Below, in pieces: positions 17,222-24,955 of a stretch of 24,955 bases of DNA (position 1 is its first letter; each line of letters begins with the position of its first letter). This stretch comes from a virus (lineage: Duplodnaviria > Heunggongvirae > Uroviricota > Caudoviricetes), in IMG/VR virus record IMGVR_UViG_3300049014_000001, positions 1 to 24,955 of that record. The stretch is one strand, 5' to 3'. The translations under genes and the position numbers were made by a program. The notes under the pieces are model-generated. The model saw only the letters and a list, made by a program, of their open reading frames with translations, made no database searches and had not been told where the DNA came from.

Positions 17222-17250
17222 ATTGTACACTACTTACCACGTTTTGTCAA
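17222..17250 (-). promoter_or_regulatory. Near-consensus sigma70 promoter P2 for the chaperone/TMP/tail tip unit
   Basis: TTGACA (17250-17245), 17 nt spacer, TACAAT (17227-17222). Confidence 0.85.
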
Positions 17251-17283
17251 ATTTTGGTAGCGTTACTTACGAAGGTATGCTAG

Positions 17284-17315
17284 AAATGAAAAGAGCCACC
17301 CCGAAGGGCAGCTCT
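17284..17315 (-). terminator. Intrinsic terminator with cUUCGg loop after the tail tube gene
   Basis: AGAGCTGCCC-TTCG-GGGTGGCTCT (10 bp, two GU) followed by TTTCATTT. Confidence 0.85.
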
Positions 17316-17323
17316 CTTTGACA

Positions 17324-17791
17324 TTAGGCTGTCAGGTTGGTCGAAACGATGTCGTTATCGATTTCAAGGTCTGTAGAAGCACCCATGATCTGGTCAACGC
17401 TACCAACTTCAAGCATCCATCCCATTACCTGTCCAGTGAAGTAGTAGATACTTCCGCTCTGCGTCACAACCTTGAAGGCGTACGAAGCGTCAGACTCAGA
17501 AGCTGCTTGCATCTTGATCTGTCCAGCGTCAGTTACCGAAGCACCCAGTTTCAGTGCCAGAGTACCGTTGTTGTACGAACCCTTACGCTTAATGGTCTTA
17601 CGATCACCCAGCGGGTTGAACGTTACAAGGTTGTACTTCTTACCGAAGCTTCCTAGGTCAGTAACTTCTGCGACTTCGACGTAAGTTCCAGTTGCAAACG
17701 TTGCTGCGTCATATGTTACATCCAACGCGCTGATAGGGTCAGACACATAGAACTTTGTACCAGCACTGGTACGTACTTTAGATACGGCCAT
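17324..17791 (-). CDS. Major tail (tube) protein
   Basis: SAGTKFYVS, EVAEVTDLGSFG, KRKGSYNNG, DAGQ, YYFTGQV and LEI motifs of siphophage tail tube proteins. SD AAGGA. Followed by a terminator. Confidence 0.9.
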   Translation of the reverse strand: MAVSKVRTSAGTKFYVSDPISALDVTYDAATFATGTYVEVAEVTDLGSFGKKYNLVTFNPLGDRKTIKRKGSYNNGTLALKLGASVTDAGQIKMQAASESDASYAFKVVTQSGSIYYFTGQVMGWMLEVGSVDQIMGASTDLEIDNDIVSTNLTA

Positions 17792-17812
17792 TTGTATGTT
17801 CCTTTGTTAAAA

Positions 17813-18166
17813 TTAGTTAGTCAGAAGGATACCGATCATTGCGGTTCCGCCTGTTACGGTCACAGTGCCGTTACCTGCTAGATATGCTGCGTGAGCATCC
17901 AGATTTACCAGCTTGCTTTGTCCTGCGTTAACCAGAACAGAAAGTCCAGCACTCAGGTCAACTGTGGTTCCACCAGCACCTTGAATTGGATATGCAGCCG
18001 AAGGAGCCGATCCTTTAATTACAGCGGTCAGTGCGCCAGCAGTGTTGTTGTGAAGCTCAAGGCATTGACTCTTGTTTGCGGTGTACACAAACGTATCAGA
18101 TGCGGTCAGAGTGTTACGGTTAGCGGTAGTAAGTGCTCCGCGAACTGTTGGAGTAAGTGCTGCCAT
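17813..18166 (-). CDS. Small beta-rich virion structural protein (possible tail/neck decoration)
   Basis: 117 aa rich in Gly/Ala/Thr, SD AAGGA, placed between the tail terminator and tail tube genes. Confidence 0.6.
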   Translation of the reverse strand: MAALTPTVRGALTTANRNTLTASDTFVYTANKSQCLELHNNTAGALTAVIKGSAPSAAYPIQGAGGTTVDLSAGLSVLVNAGQSKLVNLDAHAAYLAGNGTVTVTGGTAMIGILLTN

Positions 18167-18195
18167 TTATTTTTCCTTTAAAGAAGGTTGTTTAG

Positions 18196-18591
18196 TTACG
18201 TTTCGACGCGGTAGTTGCCCCGAACAGGTACACAAACGTACCCATCGATAATGTCACTACCAGACCAACTCAGGGGAGCTTCAATACTCACCGTCCCTGT
18301 CTTTGGTAGTACGGGGAACAGGGCTACCATGTTGTTGCACAAGGCTTCAACTTCCCCCATTCCTTTATTTGTCGGTGCATAGCAGTTGATCTGGAAAATT
18401 CCGTATGAACGAATACCGTCTGCTGCTACGTTCCGATTAAGTCTCGTTTCTCCCAGAAGGAACACTTCTAGGTATGGGCCAGAGGTAGGCTTCGTAAAAC
18501 TCACGTTCTCAAAACTCACCGGAATAGGTGGAACCTGCGCTTTAGCCCATGTGTTAATTCGTGATTCGATTTCTGAGCGTACACTCATCAT
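18196..18591 (-). CDS. Tail terminator protein (DUF4128-like)
   Basis: PVSFENVSF.P...PYLEV, GIFQINCYAP..KG and VPV...YR patterns. Position after the gp10-like gene, with ATGA overlap. Confidence 0.75.
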   Translation of the reverse strand: MMSVRSEIESRINTWAKAQVPPIPVSFENVSFTKPTSGPYLEVFLLGETRLNRNVAADGIRSYGIFQINCYAPTNKGMGEVEALCNNMVALFPVLPKTGTVSIEAPLSWSGSDIIDGYVCVPVRGNYRVET

Positions 18592-19004
18592 GGCCTCTTA
18601 TATTTCGGTACTACTTTGATGAAGGCTTTCGCAATCATTGCGTATGGGCCAACACGCCCAGTCCATTGAGGATAAGGCCATCCAGCATACTCAGCTCGGA
18701 AACCATAAGGCGTTGAGTTAGTCAGGCTGACAATTCCATCCTTCCCTAGGAAGCTCGTATTGAGCTTTAGAGACGAGATTCGTGTTAGGCTAGCCATACC
18801 TACATTCGACGCTGAGTTTTCGCTGTAGGTCGTGTTATAGACCTTCCCATAGCCGATGTACCAGTTGTTGATTAAAACGCCTTTGTCTACTGGAGTGCCT
18901 TTTACAATCTCTTCGTAGAGTTCGATGGCAATCTCATTGACCTTTGTGTTGACTTCTGCCTTTGCCTTCTTTTCAAAGGCTCGGATAGAGTCTGCGAAGC
19001 CCAT
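18588..19004 (-). CDS. Tail completion protein (HK97 gp10-like)
   Basis: TPVDKGxLINNW motif, N-x-T-P-Y...EY, and C-terminal GPYAM. Confidence 0.8.
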   Translation of the reverse strand: MGFADSIRAFEKKAKAEVNTKVNEIAIELYEEIVKGTPVDKGVLINNWYIGYGKVYNTTYSENSASNVGMASLTRISSLKLNTSFLGKDGIVSLTNSTPYGFRAEYAGWPYPQWTGRVGPYAMIAKAFIKVVPKYKRP

Positions 19005-19381
19005 TAAACCCTCGCGTACACTTCGTAGCAGTACGACTTAGAACCAGAAGGGTTGTAATCCTTCAGAGTCAACACAGTCCATTTTCTACCTTCAAACAGA
19101 ATCGCATCTACGCCGGGGCGTGGTGGCGGAACTCCCGCATCTGCTTGAATGAAGAACTGCTTGTCACCTGTCTGAATCAATCCGCCTGTCTGGGTCATAA
19201 GCCCGTTAGTCTTCTGGATGTAATCCTGTGCAACCATCTTGATTGGCAACTGCGTTTCACCGGGAATCGTAGTAGACGTTTCAGGATCGTATGTATCCTC
19301 TCCTGTCTTGACCACCATCGTTGCAGTTCCACCAAACTGACGGATGATGTTCATCACTGTTCGTGTTAGTGGATCAATCAT
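19004..19381 (-). CDS. Head-tail joining (stopper/closure) protein
   Basis: Likely ATG at 19381, 2 nt after the upstream stop. YDPETS, IQTGDKQF, P.PG.D.I.F.G..W.V and YEVYAR patterns of head-closure proteins. Confidence 0.7.
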   Translation of the reverse strand: MIDPLTRTVMNIIRQFGGTATMVVKTGEDTYDPETSTTIPGETQLPIKMVAQDYIQKTNGLMTQTGGLIQTGDKQFFIQADAGVPPPRPGVDAILFEGRKWTVLTLKDYNPSGSKSYCYEVYARV

Positions 19382-19383
19382 AA

Positions 19384-19854
19384 TTACACCCAATTAGGTA
19401 GATTGCTGTAGCATGTGTTGCCGGGAGCAATCATTGCGGTCATGTGCATATCCTGCGACTGCGTTGTTGATACGTAGTTCGCATTCCAGTCTTTCTGGAA
19501 CTGAACCAACGGAAGCTCTACAATCTCTCCGCACTCATTCTTAATCTGCGCAACATAAGGCATTGGCAAGATTTCCATGAAGTTTGGATTAAGAATCGTA
19601 GCCTTAACAAAGGCCAGATAGTTACGGAACCATTCGGCTCCGAACACTTCAATCTGAGAAAGCTTCTGGTGAGTCTGTCCCGTTAGCATCGCTAGAATAT
19701 AACCAGCAACTAGCACACTTGCTTTTGGAACGCTTTGATTACTGTCATCTAGTGCTGATTGATATACTTCATCAGGCATCAGAGGCAAATCAGAATAATC
19801 ACCTACACGCAGGCGCATCTTTCCGATTGGTGTTGTTGGATCAAGAATCGCCAT
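19384..19854 (-). CDS. Head-tail adaptor protein
   Basis: First gene after the capsid terminator. Helical, with MRLRVGD...MPDEVY pattern. SD AAAGGA. Confidence 0.7.
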   Translation of the reverse strand: MAILDPTTPIGKMRLRVGDYSDLPLMPDEVYQSALDDSNQSVPKASVLVAGYILAMLTGQTHQKLSQIEVFGAEWFRNYLAFVKATILNPNFMEILPMPYVAQIKNECGEIVELPLVQFQKDWNANYVSTTQSQDMHMTAMIAPGNTCYSNLPNWV

Positions 19855-19868
19855 TGTTTATCCTTTCA

Positions 19869-19932
19869 TGTTATTTATGAACTCTGTTCCGGGTAACACT
19901 AACGTCCGACACACCAGAATTCATAAATAACA
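19869..19932. repeat. Perfect 13-bp inverted repeat, extendable by 4 bp after one mismatch
   Basis: TGTTATTTATGAA (19869-19881) pairs with TTCATAAATAACA (19920-19932). TCTG (19883-19886) pairs with CAGA (19915-19918). Confidence 0.9.
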
Positions 19933-19950
19933 GAACCCCGAAGGGTTCTG
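19923..19950 (-). terminator. Intrinsic terminator with cUUCGg loop after the major capsid gene
   Basis: CAGAACCC-TTCG-GGGTTCTG (perfect 8 bp) followed by TTATTTAT. Confidence 0.88.
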
Positions 19951-19960
19951 CTTTCAAGCA

Positions 19961-20992
19961 TTAGTTGCTTGAGGTTGCTTTCACAACGGTCAGCGGTTTA
20001 AGCAGAGCGTTGATGAAGTTCGATTCGCTTTCGTAGTTGTAAGCAGTTCCGTTAGGAGCCATGCTTTCGAACACGTAAAGCTGTTCACCGATGGTGTTCA
20101 CCAGACCGAAGCGGTTAGCTGGCGAGAAGTACGTCTTGAAGTAGTCCGTACCAGTTGGCAGGAAGTAAGCATCTGCCGCTGGGATCAGGGTAGTACCTGC
20201 AAGGTTGTCACGCATTTCAATGAACGTTACGCCCATGAATTCGAACGTACGACGCATACCAACTGCGCTACCATCGCTAGACAGACGACGACGCAGAGGT
20301 TCCTGAGTCGAAGTGTAGTATTGGTAGGCTTGCTTGATGTTCGCGTGGGTAATCAGCTTCTGGAAGAAGGTAGTACCGCACAGAGCAATCACGCCAGTGT
20401 AGTTAATAGCACCGCTGTTGTCCTGAATCTTAGCCAGAACTTGTTCGATCATCGAACTGATTTCAGTAGTCGAAGTACCCAGCAAGAAGTCAACTGCGGC
20501 AGGACGAGCTGCACCAGTCATTTCCTGATACCAGTCTTGCGATACGGTTCCGTTAGGAGCGTACACAGTACCTTGGGTAATCGCTTGAGCACGAGCCACT
20601 TCCAGAGTCCAAGCGTGGTTCTGACGAATACGAGCCAGCTTACGAGCACGTACTAGGTCAAGAGTTTCCACTTCGTTAGCTTTGCCGTAGGCACGCTTAC
20701 CTTGGATGTCTTGTGGATAGATGGCATCTTCCATTGGGAAGTGTGGCACAGCAAAGGTGTGCAGCTTGCGCTGTGCATCTTTACCGACGTTAGAACGATC
20801 ACCGCGAACACGGTCAACGATCAACGCACCATCTTTGATGATTTCTTCGAACACAACCACGTGTTCTGCAACGCCTTCTTCTTGGAAGATACCAAGCTGG
20901 CCAATCAGACCCCATTGGTTAGGGACTGTATTAACCTCACCAGTCCAGTCTTGTACTTCGAAGTTGTTGCCAAAAGAACGTACGATAGGCAT
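19961..20992 (-). CDS. Major capsid protein (lambda gpE-like, Phage_cap_E)
   Basis: 343 aa. FxVPHFPxxDxIxPxDIQGxRAYG, TxExARAQA, EFxGVTF and YFSPAN motifs. Follows the decoration gene and precedes a terminator. Confidence 0.95.
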   Translation of the reverse strand: MPIVRSFGNNFEVQDWTGEVNTVPNQWGLIGQLGIFQEEGVAEHVVVFEEIIKDGALIVDRVRGDRSNVGKDAQRKLHTFAVPHFPMEDAIYPQDIQGKRAYGKANEVETLDLVRARKLARIRQNHAWTLEVARAQAITQGTVYAPNGTVSQDWYQEMTGAARPAAVDFLLGTSTTEISSMIEQVLAKIQDNSGAINYTGVIALCGTTFFQKLITHANIKQAYQYYTSTQEPLRRRLSSDGSAVGMRRTFEFMGVTFIEMRDNLAGTTLIPAADAYFLPTGTDYFKTYFSPANRFGLVNTIGEQLYVFESMAPNGTAYNYESESNFINALLKPLTVVKATSSN

Positions 20993-21014
20993 TTAATATT
21001 CCTTTACTTGTTAA

Positions 21015-21443
21015 TTAGTTGGCGCTTTCGGCAAGGATGCCCAGAGCTTTCAGAGAGTCATATACAGCTTGAATCTTTGCTCCGGTGTTGTAAGTAGCGT
21101 CCAGTTTCAGACCTTCCTTAGCAACGATTGCCTTACCACGAGCCAGAGTCAGGACTTTAGTATCAGTAGTAGCAGGCACCGTGAAAGTGGTTACTACGCC
21201 TGAGCTGTCACCGATCACGATTGCGGCAGCTACGTTAGAGCCATCCACAGCGGTTTCAACTGCGATTTTGTATTTACCTGTGGCGGTTACTTTTCCAAGT
21301 ACAGTGCCTAGGGCGTAAGATTTTTGAGCTGCTTCATTGACAGTCACAAGCTCATTGTGAGTGCTTGGCTTTTGAACGTCTTCAATGTATTTAACAACAC
21401 TGCTGTAACGGTCAAATTGGCCTTCAGTTGCGATAACTGGCAT
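21015..21443 (-). CDS. Head decoration protein (lambda gpD/HDPD-like)
   Basis: LGTVLGKVTATGKY and AAIVIGD motifs, position directly before the capsid gene. Confidence 0.85.
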   Translation of the reverse strand: MPVIATEGQFDRYSSVVKYIEDVQKPSTHNELVTVNEAAQKSYALGTVLGKVTATGKYKIAVETAVDGSNVAAAIVIGDSSGVVTTFTVPATTDTKVLTLARGKAIVAKEGLKLDATYNTGAKIQAVYDSLKALGILAESAN

Positions 21444-21458
21444 ATCTATTTCCTTTGG

Positions 21459-21998
21459 TTAGTTGATTTCTTTTTTAACGATTGCTTGCAGGTAGTCAGC
21501 GGTTTTCCCACCATATACTTCCTGAGCAAGTTTGGTTTGGTCAGTTGCACCTTCCGCACCCACCTCTTTGAATGCTGGAGATTCAGCTTCAGTCTTTGCT
21601 TTAAAAGACATCGCAGAAAGAACAGCATCAAATGCAGCATCGTCCATCGCAGCAGTAGCGGCCATCAGACTTGCAGCTTGTTCAGTACCTACCACTTCAA
21701 CCAGAGCTGCATTACGTGCAGCAGCTTTAGCTTCAGCAGCAGCCTTTTCTTGAGCGGCTTTAAACTCAGTAGCAGCTTCAACCAGAGCTGACAGTTCAGC
21801 AATCTTGGCGTCTTTTTCTGCTAGCAGTTCGGTAAGAGAAGTAACAGCACCTTGCAGGGCAGCTACATCCACTTCAGCGTGGGCGACAGCGCCTTCAGCT
21901 ACATTAGTTGTCATTTCTACTTCCTCTTGTTTTTGTTCTGCCTGAACTGGCGCACCGGCCAGAGCAAGCACTCGTTTTAGCGTATCTTTCAAGATCAC
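21459..21998 (-). CDS. Capsid scaffolding-like protein (Nu3 analogue)
   Basis: Ala/Glu/Lys-rich coiled coil between protease and decoration genes. GTG start overlaps the protease stop (GTGA). An alternative ATG lies at 21914. Confidence 0.7.
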   Translation of the reverse strand: MILKDTLKRVLALAGAPVQAEQKQEEVEMTTNVAEGAVAHAEVDVAALQGAVTSLTELLAEKDAKIAELSALVEAATEFKAAQEKAAAEAKAAARNAALVEVVGTEQAASLMAATAAMDDAAFDAVLSAMSFKAKTEAESPAFKEVGAEGATDQTKLAQEVYGGKTADYLQAIVKKEIN

Positions 21999-22831
21999 TC
22001 CTTATTCCTATTAATCAGGTATTCAGCAAACGCTTCATTCGTCATAATCGAATTGATTAGGCCGAGTTCCATAGCCTTATTAGCACGGAACATCGAAGCT
22101 TCTGTGGCCTTGATTTCTTCCACAGACAGGCCGGTATATTTTGAGACGTGAGCAACGAATTCTCCGTACAGCTCATTTACTTGCTCTTGAAGAGACTCAA
22201 TAAACTCATCTCGGAAATCTCCGTTTGCATCGAACGGAATCTTATTTGCACCAGCGGTTACGAATGTTCGTGTCAGGCCAGCTTTCTCAAGCGCTTTGCT
22301 GTTGTTCATCAGTGCAATCAAAACACCGATGCTCCCAACTTGACCTTGTGGATGGCATACCACTTCGTCTGACATTACGCACAAAGCATAAGCAGCAGAA
22401 GCAGCACAATCTTGAACGTACGAAATCAAATAAACTTCGTTTTCATCTGCCATCTGTCGAATTGCATCTGCTGTCTGGAAGCAATTGAATGCCTCACCAC
22501 CACCAGAGCTAATATCGAACACGACTGTTTTGCAACCAGCTTCAATCAGTTCCGACATCTGAGATGTCAGTCCAGCATAACTAGTACCAGTTGCACCACA
22601 TAGCGACTCGACAGGCTTGTTAGTCAAGCTGCCGTGAATATTAATCAAACCGATCTTTCCAACCTGTGCAGATTTATCTAGATCGGCAGACACAGTTTCT
22701 ACCTGAGCCAACATCCCAGCATTGCGAAGCTCCAGATATGATGTAATCGCACTGAAGGCTTCCGCAGAAATGAGATGCGGCTTGTTATATAGGTCGGATG
22801 TCAACCTACGAACAGGCCGTTGCATTGTCAT
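21995..22831 (-). CDS. Prohead maturation protease, S49 family (lambda gpC-like)
   Basis: INIHGSL, DISSGGGE, AASAAY (catalytic Ser), VGSIGV and AGANK motifs. Confidence 0.93.
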   Translation of the reverse strand: MTMQRPVRRLTSDLYNKPHLISAEAFSAITSYLELRNAGMLAQVETVSADLDKSAQVGKIGLINIHGSLTNKPVESLCGATGTSYAGLTSQMSELIEAGCKTVVFDISSGGGEAFNCFQTADAIRQMADENEVYLISYVQDCAASAAYALCVMSDEVVCHPQGQVGSIGVLIALMNNSKALEKAGLTRTFVTAGANKIPFDANGDFRDEFIESLQEQVNELYGEFVAHVSKYTGLSVEEIKATEASMFRANKAMELGLINSIMTNEAFAEYLINRNKE

Positions 22832-22842
22832 TGTTATTTCCT

Positions 22843-24342
22843 TTATCCTGAGTTGTCAGCGTTACGGGCCGATTTATCTTGCTTGCTTGACTTGCCCCCG
22901 ATATCGGACGTACCTTCTCCAGATTTACCAACTTCCATTCCGTCTCCAGATCGGCTACCAGCACCAGTTAGGTTTTCCTTATCTACAGGATCGTCATCGC
23001 CCTTTGGAGCAACCCCCATAACATCACGAATCTTGTTCAGCACCGGACGGTCAATTTCAACCAATCCAACAGAAGCTACACGCTGTACAAGCTTAGAGAA
23101 TGCTTCGCTATCAACATCAGCAATGTCACCGTATTCGAACGTAGGCAAACGCTCTTGGCTCCAGCCATTGAGCGCATAAAGCTGCGCAATCAAATCGCTA
23201 TTAAGCACATCACGAATCTCGTTCAGGCGGTGTTCCATCGCCATTGCGCAAAGGTTTGTCTTTGTATCCTTAATCGAGAACGATCCAGATTCAGTCTGTC
23301 CGTTTTTCAACACGTCAGCCGACAAAGCTGTTAGAATGTCGTTCTGTAGTTGCTCGATAATCTTAGGGATATCGAATTTGTTTGTTCCTTTAGCTTCCAT
23401 CAAGTCGAATTCGAACACTTTGTTATTGTTCTCATCAAACACTTGAGGCATAACTAGGGAGCGTTGCTTACCATCTGCGATGGCTTGGGCTGCGTCTAGG
23501 TACGCTTTGTAGACAGCTTTCTCCGCATCACTGGCATCTGCTGCCATGTATTTTGGAGGGATGTAAATCACCGGAACAGAGGCAATATCTTTCGATACGC
23601 CAAGCATCAGTTGATCTTTAAGCAGTGTTAGCTGCTTATATGGTAGGTAGACAGACTTCAGTACAGACTTCCCTTCTGGGTTGCCTTTTACGCTGTCAGC
23701 AGAGAACAGAAGGAACTTGTCACGGTTAATCGTAATTAGTCCGTTATAGTCAGCCAGATTTTGGAATCGAGCCGAGTTTTCCATGTTCTTAATGCTCTGG
23801 CCTACGCTCAGCAATTCACGTCCGTCTTCAGAGAAATTCCAATGACGAATAGTGTCTTGAGGGCGTGGAGCGATTTTACGCAGTCCTACCAAACCATCGT
23901 TGTATTTGCTTCCGTTACGCGTCAATCGACGGCGGAATACTTTTTCTTGAATGGAGAAACCATACTCTAGGTATGTAACTGTCTCTGCCATGAATTGTGC
24001 CCATGTGCCTTCCATGTCCATCATGCATGATTCCACGAATCGAGCACGCTTCTTTTCAGTCTCAGTGGCATGCTCCGGTGGAGCTACACGCCATTGAACA
24101 CGGGTAAGCATCATTCTATAAACGTTCAGTGCAGCAGATACGGTCGGATCGGTTTTCATTTCTGTAACCGTCTTAAGGAAAGCTGGGAATCGGAAGGCCC
24201 GATTCTGTTCCTCAAGGATTTGACCGTTCATCGTAGTAAGGCCAGTAAAGCCTACTTCACTCAAACTGATACGTGGAATTACTGCTGAAGGATCGGCTGC
24301 TAGGCCAGCGCCGCTATCAGCTTGTGGCTTTTGCTCTGCCAT
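22843..24342 (-). CDS. Portal protein (499 aa)
   Basis: Start is ATG at 24342 with SD AAGGAG. The ORF-track TTG at 24399 is the -35 box of promoter P3. Patterns: EVGFTGL, DPTVSAAL, GFSIQEKV, NPEGKSVLK. Position after terminase. Confidence 0.9.
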   Translation of the reverse strand: MAEQKPQADSGAGLAADPSAVIPRISLSEVGFTGLTTMNGQILEEQNRAFRFPAFLKTVTEMKTDPTVSAALNVYRMMLTRVQWRVAPPEHATETEKKRARFVESCMMDMEGTWAQFMAETVTYLEYGFSIQEKVFRRRLTRNGSKYNDGLVGLRKIAPRPQDTIRHWNFSEDGRELLSVGQSIKNMENSARFQNLADYNGLITINRDKFLLFSADSVKGNPEGKSVLKSVYLPYKQLTLLKDQLMLGVSKDIASVPVIYIPPKYMAADASDAEKAVYKAYLDAAQAIADGKQRSLVMPQVFDENNNKVFEFDLMEAKGTNKFDIPKIIEQLQNDILTALSADVLKNGQTESGSFSIKDTKTNLCAMAMEHRLNEIRDVLNSDLIAQLYALNGWSQERLPTFEYGDIADVDSEAFSKLVQRVASVGLVEIDRPVLNKIRDVMGVAPKGDDDPVDKENLTGAGSRSGDGMEVGKSGEGTSDIGGKSSKQDKSARNADNSG

Positions 24343-24370
24343 ATCACTCCTTCTTGGATATATAGTCGCA

Positions 24371-24399
24371 ATTATACTACAGGAAACGTTATTTGTCAA
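24371..24399 (-). promoter_or_regulatory. Consensus sigma70 promoter P3 for the portal-to-tail tube unit
   Basis: TTGACA (24399-24394), 17 nt spacer, TATAAT (24376-24371), in the terminase-portal gap. Confidence 0.9.
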
Positions 24400-24462
24400 A
24401 TTTATGCATTACTACCTATTTACTTACGCTTTAAAGTGTGGTAGGTAGCAGTACATACGCTA

Positions 24463-24955
24463 TCAAATAGTCGGGACTGGGCTTGGGCCTGACAGATCGG
24501 GAACGACAAAATCAGGAATATTGCTGCCCTTAGCGAGGTAATTAAACGCGTCAGAACAGGCGTCAACTTGGTCATTCTTTTCATTTCGGATACCTTGGAA
24601 GTGTTCCAGTTCGACAAAGAAGTCTTCATTCCAGTCACCTTCCACAATATCTACCAAGCCAGCTTCAGCCAAAGAACAGAACGGCAGGAAGCGCTGCATC
24701 TTGCTTGTATGCCCAGAGATTGGAATACCCTTGACAGTAATGCCTTCTTCCGCCAGCTCCCTAATAAAGAACTGCGTAGCAGCTTTACCACCGCCATTAT
24801 CCTTCGGAATAGTCACAGGGACATGCAAACCATCTTCTTCATGTGCTGTGTCCTTAATAAGCTTGACAACACCGTCTGTAAGCTTCCTGTCGCGTTTTAC
24901 ATGCTCGATGCAATAACGACCACCCTTCGTACGACTCATTCTTACACCGGCTGTC
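24463..24955 (-). CDS. terL: Terminase large subunit, C-terminal nuclease domain (5' partial)
   Basis: The frame is open to the window edge (TAGVRMSRTK...). RNase H-like motifs KMQRFLPF, GDWNEDFFVELEHF and KNDQVDACSDAF. Upstream of the portal. Confidence 0.92.
   Translation of the reverse strand, partial: TAGVRMSRTKGGRYCIEHVKRDRKLTDGVVKLIKDTAHEEDGLHVPVTIPKDNGGGKAATQFFIRELAEEGITVKGIPISGHTSKMQRFLPFCSLAEAGLVDIVEGDWNEDFFVELEHFQGIRNEKNDQVDACSDAFNYLAKGSNIPDFVVPDLSGPSPVPTI

Noticed and set aside
17318-17323. Plus-strand TTGACA next to the tail tube terminator
   Set aside because: No matching -10 downstream.
21995-22005. Possible frameshift fusing protease and scaffold (to mimic lambda C/Nu3)
   Set aside because: The -1 frame has a TAA two codons before the GTG and there is no slippery sequence. 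A simple GTGA overlap explains the junction.
24342-24399. 19-aa N-terminal extension of the portal in the ORF track
   Set aside because: Its TTG start is the -35 box of P3 and lies upstream of the predicted TSS. The ATG at 24342 has a strong SD.
24420-24647. 75-aa minus-strand ORF overlapping the terminase end
   Set aside because: Alternative frame of terL with no SD or recognisable motif.
1-24955. tRNA, CRISPR array, intron/intein, homing endonuclease, integrase or IS element
   Set aside because: None recognised. Intergenic gaps are short and explained by promoters, terminators and the frameshift frame. Covariance-model searches were not run.

Overview
This window is the virion-morphogenesis and lysis arm of a tailed dsDNA phage (long non-contractile tail, lambda-type head module) of a Gram-negative host. 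Almost all genes are on the minus strand. Read in transcription order (right to left) they are: terminase large subunit C-terminus (cut by the window edge), portal, S49 head protease, scaffold-like protein, gpD-like decoration protein, gpE-like major capsid protein, four head-tail joining/tail completion genes, a small extra structural gene, tail tube, tail assembly chaperone with a -1 frame extension (gpG/gpGT type), a 1809-aa tape measure protein, hub-like and gpJ-like tail tip proteins, two small tip proteins, a 931-aa side fibre with an S74 chaperone domain, a Dit-like protein, a permuted NlpC/P60 amidase, and a lysis cassette (single-TM protein, GH108 endolysin, 3TM-type holin; no recognisable spanin). 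Two small plus-strand genes converge on this block at the left end. No integrase, tRNA, CRISPR, intron or mobile element was seen. The gene content is largely conventional. The most unusual signals are non-coding: three consensus sigma70 promoters inside the structural block (two placed right after cUUCGg terminators, one fused to the terminator U-tract), a recurrent intergenic motif near all three promoters, a long stem after the capsid terminator, and a chaperone frameshift with no canonical slippery heptamer. All family calls come from motif recognition by eye, not from database searches.
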